Shown piece after piece: positions 38,616-49,415 of a DNA stretch of 64,000 nucleotides. The notes under the pieces were generated by a model. It searched no databases. It was not told where the DNA came from and worked only from the letters and a program-made list of their open reading frames with translations. The stretch's first letter is position 1, and each line of letters begins with the position of its first letter. This DNA is from Longimicrobiales bacterium (lineage in GTDB: Bacteria > Gemmatimonadota > Gemmatimonadetes > Longimicrobiales > Gaopeijiaceae), in contig CBDCNQ010000005.1 of NCBI GenBank assembly GCA_965219445.1, positions 512,001 to 576,000 of the forward strand, given 5' to 3'. Both the position numbers and the translations under genes were made by a program.

Positions 38616-40001
38616 ATGAGCGGATGGTGGGAGCGGATTCCCCACGACTATCGCATCGTCGTGCTGTCCCTCTTCGCGGCGCTCCCGGGAATCGCCATCT
38701 CACTCGCGTTCCTTTGGACGGGTCCGTACTCCACCGGACTCCAATGGACGGCTACGGTCTTTATCCTCGGGGGTTGGGCCGGCTTCACCTACGCGCTGCG
38801 AGCGAGGGTTGTGCGTCCCCTGCAGACTCTTTCCAACATGCTCGCAGCCCTACGGGAAGGGGACTTCTCGATTCGGGTCAGGGGAGCGGGATCGAGGGGT
38901 GCGCTCGCCCTCACGTATAGCGAAGCGAACGCGCTCGAGGAGGTCCTTCGGGAGCAGCGTCTCGGAGCGGTCGAGGCCACGGCTCTGCTCCGAAAAGTGC
39001 TGGAGGAAGTCGACCTGGCGGTGTTCGCCTTCGATGAAAACGAAACCCTCCGGCTCCTGAACCGAGCGGGTGAGGCGCTGCTCGGTCAACCGAGCAAGCG
39101 AGTGATCGGCACGTCCGCCGCCGAACTCAGACTTCAGGAGACGCTCAGCGGAGTCGCGCCGCGCACGCTCGAGCTGACTCATCCCGGGGGGACGGGGCGA
39201 TGGGAGCTCCGGCGAACGGTGGTACGCCAAGAGGGCCATCCGTTGCGGCTGATCATCCTTTCGGATCTGAGCCGGGCGCTCCGAGAAGAGGAACGCCAGG
39301 CCTGGAAACGGATCATCCGGGTGCTGAGTCATGAGATCAACAACTCCTTGGCGCCCATCAAGTCGATCGCCGGAAGCCTAAAGAGTTTGACGCGGCGGGG
39401 ATCCCTGCCTCCCGATCTCGACGAGGACGTGGAAAGCGGCCTCAAGGTGATCGCCAGTCGGGTGGAGTCATTGGGTCGGTTCATGGCTTCGTACGCGCAG
39501 CTCGCGCGACTTCCTGAACCCCAGCTCGCTGCCGTCGAGGTGAACGCACTAGTGCGACGGATCGTAGCGATCGAAACCAGAGTGGAGATCTGCGTGCATC
39601 CCGGGCCGGACCTCACCGTCCAGGCGGACGCAGACCAGCTAGAGCAGCTCCTGATCAACCTCGTGCGAAATGCCGTCGACGCCGCCCTCGAAACGGCGGG
39701 CGGAGTCGAACTGTCGTGGTCCGTAGTAGGCAATCAGCTGCATGTGGTGGTCGCGGACGAGGGCCCGGGGCTGCCGGTGGACATCGGGAACCTGTTCGTA
39801 CCGTTTTACACGACCAAACCCGGCGGGAGCGGGATCGGCCTGGCCCTCTGCCGGCAGATTGCCGAGGGCCACGGGGGCACGCTGACGCTCGAAAATTCTC
39901 CCGACGGGAAGGGGGCCAGGGCCCGCCTCACCATTCCCCTGGACCTTGCCCCCGCTGAGCCCGTGGCGACGCTGGCCCTGCCGCACGATCCCCCCAGCTG
40001 A
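38616..40001 (+). CDS. Sensor histidine kinase (NtrY-like)
   Basis: Two TM segments, SHEINNSLAP, NLVRNA, DEGPG, GSGIGL. Confidence 0.93.
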   Translation: MSGWWERIPHDYRIVVLSLFAALPGIAISLAFLWTGPYSTGLQWTATVFILGGWAGFTYALRARVVRPLQTLSNMLAALREGDFSIRVRGAGSRGALALTYSEANALEEVLREQRLGAVEATALLRKVLEEVDLAVFAFDENETLRLLNRAGEALLGQPSKRVIGTSAAELRLQETLSGVAPRTLELTHPGGTGRWELRRTVVRQEGHPLRLIILSDLSRALREEERQAWKRIIRVLSHEINNSLAPIKSIAGSLKSLTRRGSLPPDLDEDVESGLKVIASRVESLGRFMASYAQLARLPEPQLAAVEVNALVRRIVAIETRVEICVHPGPDLTVQADADQLEQLLINLVRNAVDAALETAGGVELSWSVVGNQLHVVVADEGPGLPVDIGNLFVPFYTTKPGGSGIGLALCRQIAEGHGGTLTLENSPDGKGARARLTIPLDLAPAEPVATLALPHDPPS

Positions 40002-40083
40002 GGGGAACCTTTTCAAGAGTGCGCGTTTCTTCCATATACTGCTCCACGGTCAGCTCACTCGGCGACAGGCTGGAAGCCATCAA

Positions 40084-40445
40084 ATGCAATCCTTCCTCCA
40101 GGATCTGAAACACGCTCTCAAGATGTTCCGCGAGAGCCCGGGCTTCACGCTAACCGCTGTTGCGGCGCTGACGCTCGGCATCGGAGCCAACACGGCGATC
40201 TTTTCGGTGGTAAACGCCGTCGTGCTCAAACCCATCCCGTTTGCCCAGCCGGGCCGCTTGGTCCGAGTGTTGAACAGCAATAGGGAGACCGGCAATGTGG
40301 GCGGGGCAGCTTCGCCAGCGAAGTTCATGCATTGGCGCGCCCAGATCGAGGTGCTCGAGGACGTCGCGGCCTATCGGGCAACTCGCTGAATTACACAGCC
40401 GGCGACATGCCGGAACGGGTCACGGCGAACCAGGTGTCGGAGGCA
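40084..40445 (+). pseudogene. ADOP-type permease N-terminal fragment
   Basis: MQSFLQDLKHALKMF..LGIGANTAIFSVV; frameshifted and cut off. Confidence 0.85.
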
Positions 40446-40625
40446 GAGTCCGTCCGAGTCCTCGTACGGGAGAGGACTGAGCACAACCGTGTAAATCACC
40501 CCGACGACAGCCGTATTGGCACCGATGCCGAGCGCCAACGTCAAGACGACCGCTAGCGAGAAACCAGGGCGGTTGCGCGCGACTCGCCACGCGTGGTCGA
40601 GGTCGTGGAGGAAGTCGATCACCAA
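40445..40625 (-). pseudogene. ADOP-type permease N-terminal fragment (opposite strand)
   Basis: FLHDLDHAWR..PGFS..LALGIGANTA..PLPYED; cut off where it meets the plus-strand fragment. Confidence 0.8.
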
Positions 40626-40714
40626 CTCACGGCTGAAGGCATATCACCGCTGCGCGTCGATCGAAGCGGTCGATTGCCGGGCATCAGCAGCCCCGCCCGA
40701 CCCCAGCCCGGGCC

Positions 40715-41614
40715 TTGAGCGAGAAGGAACGAGACAAGGTCTTCGACACGCTGTGTTCGGAGCGATTCGTGGACCGGTCCCCGGCCGAGGTTATGGCGAC
40801 CCTGCTCGACGAAGACGTCTGCCTGTGCAGCGAACGTACGATGTATCGCGTTCTGGCCTCCCAAGTGCCAGTTCGAGAGCGCCGAGCGCAGCGGAGTCAT
40901 CCCGAATACCAGAAACCCGAGTTGATGGCGACGGGCCCGGGCCAGGTCTGGTCCTGGGATATCACACGGCTGTTGGGGCCGAGGAAGTGGAGCTACTTCT
41001 ACCTCTACGTCATCATGGACATCTTCAGCCGCTACATCGTGGGATGGATGGTGGCGGATCGGGAGAGCTCGGCCTTGGCCGGGCGCCTGATCCAGCAGAG
41101 TTGCCTGAAGCATGGCGTCCAGCCCCAGGTCCTGACCTTGCACTCGGATCGAGGAGCTCCGATGACGAGCCAATGCACGGCTCAGCTCCTCGCCGATCTC
41201 GGGGTGACCCGCTCGCTGAGCCGACCTCAGGTGTCGGATGACAATCCGTTCTCCGAGGCCCAGTTCAAGACCTTGAAGTACCATCCCTCGTTTCCTGGAC
41301 GGTTCGAGGATCAGGGCCAGGCCAAAACCTTCTGTCGCTCGTTCTTCCGCTGGTACAACGCCGAGCACCACCATGGTGGTATCTCGATGCTGACCCCCGA
41401 ACAGGTCCACTTCGGGAATGCAGATCAGGTCATCGCCGGCAGGGAGGCCGTGCTACGCGAGGCCTGGGCCGCTCATCCCGACCGCTTCGTCTCCGGTGAG
41501 CCGAAGCCCAAACCGCTCCCGGAGGCCGTCTGGATCAATCCTCCAACCCCCTCCCTCACAACACAGGAGATTGCTCTCTAATTAATTCCCAAGAGTGTCT
41601 CACTGGCGTTGACA
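40715..41614 (+). mobile_element. IS3-superfamily transposase OrfB (40715-41581), 5'-truncated element
   Basis: WSWDIT, DIFSRY, HSDRG, DNPFSEAQFKTLKY; end resembling ...GTTGACA. Confidence 0.88.
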
Positions 41615-41636
41615 GGCTCCGGTCCGGGTCCCTCGG

Positions 41637-42671
41637 GTGCGAGGTCTGGAGGGAGAGGCGCGTCTGGAGTCGTACGAGCGCTTGCACTGGGCGGCGGGCG
41701 AGGTGGACGAGGGGTTGTTCCGCAAGGTCCTGCTTGGGATCTCGTGTCGTGACTACGAGGCCGCGGTGGAGGCAGTGCCGGGGGCGATCGGGCTGTCGAA
41801 GTCGACGGTGTCGCGGGAGTTCAAGAAGGCGACCGCCAGGCAGCTGAAGGCGTTTCAGGAACGTGAGCTTACGGAGCTCGACGTCGTGGCGCTCTTCCTG
41901 GACGGCAAGACGTTTGCCAATGACGAAATCGTCGTCGCGTTAGCCGTGACGATAGGGGGAGACAAGGTGTTTGCGGGATTCGTGCAGACGGAAACGGAGA
42001 ACGCCCGGGTGATCACGAGCTTTCTGCGCTCCCTGAAGGATCGGGGACTCGATCTGTCGGCCGGAGCGCTGGTCGTGATCGACGGCGCCAAGGGGCTGAA
42101 GTCGGCAGTGACGACGGTGTTCCGGGGCCAGGTGCTTATCCAGCGCTGCCAATGGCACAAGCGAGAGAATGTGGTCTCGTACCTGCTACGCACCGAGCAG
42201 AAGGCCTGGCGTGGACGTCTGCAGCGAGCCTACGAGCGGCCCACCTACGAGGAGGCGAAGCGGGACCTGAAAGCGATGCGGGCTGAGCTGGACGAGCTCA
42301 ACCAGTCGGCGGTTGCGAGCCTGGACGAAGGGTTCGAGGAGACGTTGACCCTGCATCGACTCGGCGTGTTCCCGCTGGTTGGCCGTTCGCTGAAGACGAC
42401 CAACGTTCTCGAATCCGTGAACGCTCAAGCCGAACAGCGCTGTGGGAGAGTCGACCGATGGAGAAACTCGAACCATAAGCAGCGCTGGCTCGCCGCCGCG
42501 CTCATCGACATCGAGCCTCGGCTCAGGAGGCTACTCGGCTATCGCCACCTCCCGTCGCTCCGTGCAGCGATTCAGAAGGAACTCGGGATCATCCATCCCG
42601 ATAGCCAGACTCATGCCGCAGCCTGAGCGTCCGGAGGTCACTCGAGTTTCAACTAGCTTTGGGATTGACTC
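41637..42671 (+). mobile_element. IS256-family transposase (41637-42626), 5'-truncated
   Basis: LFLDGK, VIDGAKGL, QRCQWHKREN, TTNVLES; probable right IR ending GGGATTGACTC. Confidence 0.88.
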
Positions 42672-42683
42672 GATCCAGAGGAT

Positions 42684-44118
42684 TGAGGTGGTCCCACTTC
42701 GTTGGACAGTCCGAGGGCGATCTTAAGGTGGATTCCGATGGTCTCCAAAGCCCTTCGGGGTTCCGCTTGAGGCTGGGTGTTCTCCTTCGAGCCCGGTTTG
42801 AATATAACCTTCGCCTTCCCGTCGGGACTGGTTCCCGATGGGAAGACGGAGGGAAGGGCCGCGCGTAGATCCCGCGACGATCGCAGGCGTCGTTGCGCCG
42901 GTTGGGTGGCGTCGCGCCGGATCGTCCTCACCACACCTCCGCGCCTTCGCGATAGGCCTCGCCCGGCGTCCGTCCGCCCAGCGACGAGTGCGGGCGCGCT
43001 TCGTTGTAGAAGTCGATCCACGAGCCGATGATGCGTTGGGCGTCGGGCCCGTCCCGGAGCTCGTAGAGGTACACCGCCTCGTACTTCAGCGACCGCCACA
43101 GCCGCTCGATGAAGATGTTGTCGAGGAAGCGGCCCCGGCCGTCCATCGAGAAGCGCACGCCCGCACCCAGCACCCGGTCGGCGAACGCCTCGCTGGTGAA
43201 CTGGGAGCCCTGATCCGTATTGAGGATCTCCGGAGCCCTCCAGCCCAGCGCGTCGTCCAGCGCCTGGACGCAGAACGACGCGTCCATCGTGTTCGACAGC
43301 CGCCAGGCGAGCACGTGCCGGGTCGCCCAGTCCATCACAGCCACCAGGTAGAAAAACCCTTGCGTCACCGGGACATAGGTGATGTCCGCGCACCACACGT
43401 GGTCCGCCCGCGAGATCGTGAGGCCCCGCAGCAGATAGGGGAAGACCCGGTGCTCCGGACTCGCCACGCTCGTGCGCGGCCGCCGGTAGGTCGCCTCCAT
43501 CCCCATCAGGCGCATGAGCCGCCGGATCCGGTGCCGGCCCGCGGCAACGCCCTCGCGGCGCAGATGCCGCATCAGCTGCCGGCTCCCGTAGAACGGATAC
43601 GCCGTGTGGAGCCCGTCCATGCGCCGCATGAGCGCCAGGTCCTCGGCGCTCTCCCCCTTCGGCCGGTAGTACTGCGACGACCGGCTCACGCCCAGCAGCG
43701 CGCACTGCCTCGAAAGACTCAGCGGTCCGTCCCGCTCGATCATCCGCCCCCGCTCCGCCCGGCTCAGCGCTTGAGCCCGCGCCGAAAAAAATCCCGCTCG
43801 ACCGTGAGCTCCCCGATCTTGGCGTGCAGGTCCCGGATCTTCGCCTCGTGCTCCAGGGCGGCCTTGCGGCCCGCGCCCCCGGCAAACACCTCCGGCAGCC
43901 CTTCGAGCAGCTGCCGCTTCCATGTGGTCACCTGGTTCGGATGAAGCTCGTGCCGCGCCGCGATCGCCTGCACGCTGTCCCGCTCGCGCAGCGCCTCGAG
44001 CGCTACCCGTGCCTTGAACTCCGCCGTGAACCGCCGTCTCTTCCTGGCCATCTCGGTGCCTCCTCTTCCGCTCTGGAATCCACCTTAACGACCTGTCCAA
44101 AAAACCGGGACCACCTCA
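42684..44118 (-). mobile_element. Complete IS3-family element (orfA 44051-43764, orfB to 42928, -1 frameshift at a T7 run)
   Basis: IR TGAGGTGGTCCC at both ends; 3-bp TSD GAT (42681-42683, 44119-44121); WCADITY, TDQGSQF, DNIFIERLW; slippery T7 at 43785-43791. Confidence 0.93.
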
Positions 44119-44249
44119 GATACTGGGGTGCGGTCCAAACACAATCTCAAAGGTGAGAAGACTCACCATACGGTCAAACTTGGGGTGATGATCGGGCGGT
44201 GGGATGGATGGAAAAGACCTCTCCACTGAGAGAGCCACACTCAAGGCTT

Positions 44250-44768
44250 TTAGTCTGACCCACTGTCCGAGTGAAGATCCAGCAGTTGTGCCGAGGGACG
44301 GTCCCTGTTTGGATCTGCGACTGATACACCGAGGGCGGGTACACTTTCCGGAAGCCCGTCAGAGAGCAGACCCATGGACAACATGGTAACTTGACGTGGG
44401 TTCACCCAATAAACCATCGCTGTCTGCTCCGACCTGTCAGGACCCGCACGTCGCAACGGTATGACTTTGGCGGGACCGTGACGCTCCTCAAGGGCAGCAC
44501 GAATGGTGCGGAAGTGGTAAGAAATGACTTCGTCTGCGGGCCGTTCAGGCAGGAGGTTAACGTAGAGAATAACTGCCACCAAGCGAGCCCAATTAGCACC
44601 ACGATAGAGAAAGACACAGAGTCCCACGGTCAGGACGAAGCGCACGCCTTGCTGCGGAGAAAGCTCCCTCCCTAAGACCGTGTTGGACCAGACAATGAGA
44701 GACCCTGATATGGTCAGCGTGGCCACAATGATCGCCAAGACAATCCGACGCCCACTCACGACTTGCAC
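44250..44768 (-). CDS. Hypothetical membrane protein, possibly a chimeric remnant
   Basis: 172 aa with hydrophobic N-terminal segments; GAGG RBS; no recognisable family. Confidence 0.35.
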   Translation of the reverse strand: MQVVSGRRIVLAIIVATLTISGSLIVWSNTVLGRELSPQQGVRFVLTVGLCVFLYRGANWARLVAVILYVNLLPERPADEVISYHFRTIRAALEERHGPAKVIPLRRAGPDRSEQTAMVYWVNPRQVTMLSMGLLSDGLPESVPALGVSVADPNRDRPSAQLLDLHSDSGSD

Positions 44769-45298
44769 ATCCTCACTGACCTGTCACCTCAACCTCTTAC
44801 GCGATGGCTTGCATATATCCTAAGGGGGGCTCAGTCCGTTTGCGGGCGTCTCCCACCTCCTGAACGACCTCCAAGTATCAAGGCAGCTCGAAACAATCGC
44901 CGTCAGAGTTCAATATGTCCTGCGTGACCTCATCAGCTATCGCTACCTTACGGTCGAGGTCGGCTATCCAAGCTGCTTCCCCGTCACCTCCGATGAGATT
45001 GTCCCAAATGGGTTCGGACAAAACAATCTGAGGCACTTAGAACCCTCTTGAAGACGCTCTTTACTGTGAGGGGGGAAGACCTAGGTGGCAAGGGATTCGA
45101 CGCAAGGAGGGAATTGTTCGGTCCACTTCACCATCCGGCCTTGGGTGGGTAAGTTTGCTGTTGAAGGAAGGTGCCGAAGCACCAAAACTGACACGAAGTC
45201 GGCAACTCGGAGAGCTGAAATTGTCTCATATAAGTTCCCATACATCGTTATAAACTAATAGGATTGACGACACGTAAACGATTGCACTACAACACTTT

Positions 45299-45339
45299 GT
45301 CACCGTAGCTCAGTTGGATAGAGCGACTGCCTCCGAAGC
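45299..45339 (+). pseudogene. 5' half of tRNA-Arg(CCG)
   Basis: GTCACCGTAGCTCAGTTGGATAGAGCGACTGCCTCCGAAGC contains the acceptor 5' strand, D arm and anticodon CCG, and is cut just after the anticodon loop. Confidence 0.8.
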
Positions 45340-45740
45340 GTTCGAGTTCATGAGAGCCAACCAGGCCGAGTTCGACGTGACGAAGATGTGCCGAGTGCTG
45401 GGTGTCTCGCCCAGCGGCTATTACGCATGGAAGCATCGTCCTCCGTCGAGTCGAGCGCTCGCAAACGAGCAGTTACTCGACCGGATCCGTGAGATCCACG
45501 CGTTTAGCCGAAAGACCTACGGCCAGCCTCGGATGTACGCCGAGCTTCGAGACGACGGCTGGGCGGTGAACCACAAGCGCGTGCGGCGCCTGATGCGACT
45601 CGACGGCCTACAGGGCGCCACACGTCGCAAGAAGTGGCGCACGACAAAGCGAAACCGGGACGCCCGGCCCGCACCGGATCTCGTCGAGCGCGACTTCCGC
45701 GTCGACAGCCCCGATCAACTCTGAGTGGCCGAAATCACCG
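45340..45740 (+). pseudogene. IS3-family OrfB N-terminal remnant
   Basis: MCRVLGVSPSGYYAW, TYGQPRM, NHKRVRRLMR, PDQL*VAEIT. Confidence 0.88.
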
Positions 45741-47495
45741 CCAGAGGTCCCCTTTGGGAGCCGCCATGTCGATGTGTGGAGTGCCATTGCCGGTCTCTTT
45801 CAACGGAGTCCAAAGACCCTGGGAGATCTCGCTCCGCAATAGCTCCCGTGCATTTTTCGCGTGATACTCGTAGGTGTCCAAGGATTTTTTCGCTGTTGCG
45901 CCGCCGAACGCTGTCTCTGGATGAAAGGAAAAGGCCCGTTCCGCTTCTTTCAAGACTCGATTAATCCGTCGATCGTAAAGGAGTGATCCTGAGACTCCAA
46001 GTGAGGCTGCAACCATGAAATTGATCGTGCTCGGCTTCCGACTCGACACGTGAGCTTCCCATTCCGAGACGATGTCCGTCGCCTCCTCGCTACTCATTCC
46101 CTTGTGCTTCCATCCATGAATTCTTCCGTCCCGGTCCCGACGAAACTCAAGGTTGTAGACTTCGGCCTCGTTCAGGATCGGAATTGTCTCATCTCGCACC
46201 TGAAACACCTGGATATTGCACGAGTCTATCTTCGCCTCCAAGACGAACGATAGTGTTTCTTCGGCCGTCTCGCGTGTTTCACCTGGGAAGCCCACAAAGA
46301 AATTTCCGGACGCATAGATGCCAGCTTCGTGCACATTTTGCACCGCAACAAACATTTTCTCCCGTGTGCTGCACTTGGCCATCGCGTCGAGCACGATGGT
46401 TGAACCTGACTCCAATCCTATCGACATCCGCCGGCAACCAGCCTCGTAGAGCATGTGAACCAGTTCTGCATTTTGAAGCTGGGCTGGATGGGCGAAGCAG
46501 GACCAAAGAACAGTGGACTTCTCCTTAATTAGCAATTTCGCAAATTTGCGCATTCGAGAAATGGGGCTCAGCATTGTCGAGTCTAGACACGCGATATTTT
46601 GAACTCCTTGCTCCTGATAATATTGAAATTCTCTGAGCAGTTGTTCGGCGCTCTTGTACCGCCACTTCTCCGATTGATTGGGGTAGCTGCAGAACTTGCA
46701 AGAAAATGGGCAACCTCTTTGTGACTCGTAGAAAATCAGATCGGGCCACTGTCTCGCACCAACGAGATTCCAACGTGGTGTGGGTGCGTCCTTGAGATTG
46801 AAGTTGGGGTCGGTCTGATTGGATACCGGTAAGCCTTGCGAGTTGCGCCACATAAGATTGGGGACGTCATCCACGTCGCGCCCCTGGTCGAGGCAGCGGA
46901 GGAGAGCCGGCAGTGCGACCTCCGCATCGGCCCGGATGGCGAAGTCAGCTCCACTCCTTGAGAACCACCCGGGATTTAGAGTTATCCCTGCCCCGCCGAG
47001 AACGACCGGAGAGTTCGGCAATTCAGCTCTAACGGCTTCGACTATCTCGGTGACCCGCTGCGTATTATATAGAAAGGTTGTTGTGATCCCGACGGCTGTC
47101 ACATCAGACGACTTGACCCCTTTTTCGGTCAATATTTCCTTCACGCGCGGGATGTCATTTCGCCCGATGCAGACCGAATTTTGACGTGCGTCCTCGAGAA
47201 TGGTGGCGATCGCAGCTGTCGTTAGCGTTTGGGCTGAAACGTTTCCCATGGGAAACAACGGAACACGTGGGTCAGACGTCAAGCGTAAGCCCTGGAGATA
47301 CTTCGCTGGAGCGTCAAGAATCGTAGTGAGAGTCACCTTGGTGCTGTGCTTCGTATCCGAGTCCACCCCGAGCCTGTCGACTGTGGCAGACCCCGCGTCG
47401 CTCAGAATTCCGAACCGCGATTGGTTGACCGCATCTCCATCGTGGAAATGATTGTCGAGGTCGGTGCATACGAAAACAAAAGTGCCATTCGACAT
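45735..47495 (-). CDS. B12-binding radical SAM protein (class B methyltransferase-like)
   Basis: PVVLGGAG B12-binding domain, RGCPFSCKFC, GLESGS, FFVGFPGET. ATG 47495 with AAGGA RBS (track start 47549). Visibly lower GC than its surroundings. Confidence 0.9.
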   Translation of the reverse strand: MSNGTFVFVCTDLDNHFHDGDAVNQSRFGILSDAGSATVDRLGVDSDTKHSTKVTLTTILDAPAKYLQGLRLTSDPRVPLFPMGNVSAQTLTTAAIATILEDARQNSVCIGRNDIPRVKEILTEKGVKSSDVTAVGITTTFLYNTQRVTEIVEAVRAELPNSPVVLGGAGITLNPGWFSRSGADFAIRADAEVALPALLRCLDQGRDVDDVPNLMWRNSQGLPVSNQTDPNFNLKDAPTPRWNLVGARQWPDLIFYESQRGCPFSCKFCSYPNQSEKWRYKSAEQLLREFQYYQEQGVQNIACLDSTMLSPISRMRKFAKLLIKEKSTVLWSCFAHPAQLQNAELVHMLYEAGCRRMSIGLESGSTIVLDAMAKCSTREKMFVAVQNVHEAGIYASGNFFVGFPGETRETAEETLSFVLEAKIDSCNIQVFQVRDETIPILNEAEVYNLEFRRDRDGRIHGWKHKGMSSEEATDIVSEWEAHVSSRKPSTINFMVAASLGVSGSLLYDRRINRVLKEAERAFSFHPETAFGGATAKKSLDTYEYHAKNARELLRSEISQGLWTPLKETGNGTPHIDMAAPKGDLWR

Positions 47496-47922
47496 GTCAT
47501 CTTCCTTGTCCAAGGTAAAACAGATTGAGATTTTATTATCCCGAGGCATTATGTCAAGGGCGCATTGTTGAGTAGCCCCGGCCAGTTACCCAGCCGGGGA
47601 TTCTGGGAATGCATGTCACGGAAAATAGGGTTTGTCACAGCATAAGCACAACGCTATCAGTCGTCGGAGGGCAGGGCAGAGGCGAGCTGACGAAGACGTT
47701 CCTTGAGAGTCGCACGAGGCAGGCGTGGCCTACTCGGGCATAGCGAACGACCGGATGCCCGGTCAAAAAAGGGGGAGAGTAAAGTGGGGCCGTCGGTCCT
47801 GTCGGTTGTCCTGTCGATTGAACCCGGCAGATCACGACATCCAGGAATTCGCGAAGGCGGCAAATCGCGCGATCCATCTAGGTTTTTCAGTCATCTTGCC
47901 GTGATCCCGACCCCGACTCAGG

Positions 47923-47967
47923 CGCCTGATAGCGTGAGGTCGGTAGTTCGAGTCTACCCAGGCCCAC
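47923..47967 (+). other. 3' part of tRNA-Ile(GAT), probable attR scar
   Basis: CGCCTGAT-AGCGTGAGGTCGGTAGTTCGAGTCTACCCAGGCCCAC: anticodon arm (one A missing), T arm and acceptor 3' strand; no 5' half upstream. Confidence 0.8.
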
Positions 47968-47978
47968 TGAGACAAGCA

Positions 47979-48014
47979 GCCCCCCCAAGCCTTTCGGTCC
48001 TGGGGGGTTTCTTC
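47979..48014 (+). terminator. Intrinsic terminator after the tRNA fragment
   Basis: CCCCCCA...TGGGGGG stem followed by TTTTCTT. Confidence 0.6.
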
Positions 48015-48557
48015 TGGATCAGACGAGGCGCCGAAATATATCCTTCTTCGTCAGAATGCTGCGTCCTCCAGCGGGAGCGCACCGGACTTCTCAGCGTGTT
48101 GTCGGCACGGGTCCTCTGTGGCACCGACGCGGAAACTTTATGCGGCTTCTCCGCCGCGTGACCCTACTCGGCGATCAGGGATCTGCGCGACCATCGCGGT
48201 GCGGTTTAGGGGAGTCACCACACCCGACGGCGTTGACGCGGATGGGCTGCTTTGCGAGGTTTAGACTCGCCGAAACTGCGGAGGTAAGCCTATCGATTAT
48301 GCTGCTGGAGAGACGAGCTTCTATTTCATTGATGTGTTTTTGTTTCTTACTTTTTGATTCCTACCAGTTTTCTCTTCTTATTATTCAGCCCTTCCGGGCC
48401 CCTATTTTTTTCTGATCTAATCTAGGCCGTCCGGCCATTTTACCTGGTTCAAGTTTTGATTTTCTGGCCGCCGTTTCTAGCGCGATCCCTTGATCGGGGT
48501 CCTTGGGAGGCGGTATCCTCAAATGAAGGCCATCGGACTCAACTGGAGGTGACTCAA

Positions 48558-49415
48558 ATGCCTTTGTCCTGGCAGTTACACGCCTTCGGAGCCACGCTTG
48601 CGATCTGCACCCTGCTCGGACGAGCGGAACAAGGTGCGGGTCAACAGCCGGGGTCTTACGGGTGGTACGTGAGCGCGAGCGGCGGGACGAACTGGAATCC
48701 CGTGATGAAGCAGGCGGGCCATAACCGGGACAATATCTGTTACCCGAATGACCTTTGCAGCGGCACGCCCGATGGCTACCGCTGGTTTTACGACCTTCCC
48801 TCGGATCTCGGTACTGCTTTTGAAGTCGCCGTCGGTCGAAATTTCGGCGACGTGCGCGTGGAGGTGTCGGTCTCCCAGCGATCGAACAACGTCGAGCAAG
48901 AGTTCACCGACATTACCTTTCTGGATGGATCTCCGATCCTGCCTAACGAAGACAGCAACTATACGTCGGCCAACACAACCAGGGTCGATGCTCTGGGTGC
49001 GCGCACGCTGTCCCTGAACGCCTATCACGACTTCGCGTTCGCAGAAAGCCGGGTCATGCTTTACCTGGGCGCCGGACTGGGCCTGTCCTTCATCGAATTG
49101 TCCGGGCTGTATTTCAGCAGCGAATATTCCTGCATCAATCCGCCGTGCGACGGTCGTCCCGCGGCGGAGTACAACAGTCTGCAGGACGTCGATCTGTCCG
49201 ACAGCGGTCTTTCCAAGCAGCTCTTTGCCGGTGCCGACTATCGTTTGGGCGACAAGCTCCTACTCGGCCTGAAGGCGTCCTACAGCTGGGTCGACGACCT
49301 TGAGGACACGAGTCCTTACGAGGTGCATCCGCTTCCTATAATGAACGACACCGAAATCAGTCGCATCAATCCCTGGTCGATGATGCTCGGCTTCAAGTAC
49401 CTGCTCGGCGAGTGA
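48558..49415 (+). CDS. Outer membrane beta-barrel protein (Opa/OmpA-TM-like)
   Basis: GGAGGT RBS, signal peptide, WYVSASGG, VRVEVS, LNAYHDF, YLGAGLG, C-terminal LGFKYLL; Cys pairs in loops. Confidence 0.85.
   Translation: MPLSWQLHAFGATLAICTLLGRAEQGAGQQPGSYGWYVSASGGTNWNPVMKQAGHNRDNICYPNDLCSGTPDGYRWFYDLPSDLGTAFEVAVGRNFGDVRVEVSVSQRSNNVEQEFTDITFLDGSPILPNEDSNYTSANTTRVDALGARTLSLNAYHDFAFAESRVMLYLGAGLGLSFIELSGLYFSSEYSCINPPCDGRPAAEYNSLQDVDLSDSGLSKQLFAGADYRLGDKLLLGLKASYSWVDDLEDTSPYEVHPLPIMNDTEISRINPWSMMLGFKYLLGE

Noticed and set aside
45069..45100. GGGGG...GGATTCGAC resembling a tmRNA 5' end
   Set aside because: The spacing is wrong, and I found no tag reading frame or matching 3' acceptor end.
45299..47967. 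The two tRNA halves as one split tRNA
   Set aside because: The anticodons differ (CCG versus GAT) and the acceptor strands (GTCACCG versus CAGGCCC) do not pair.
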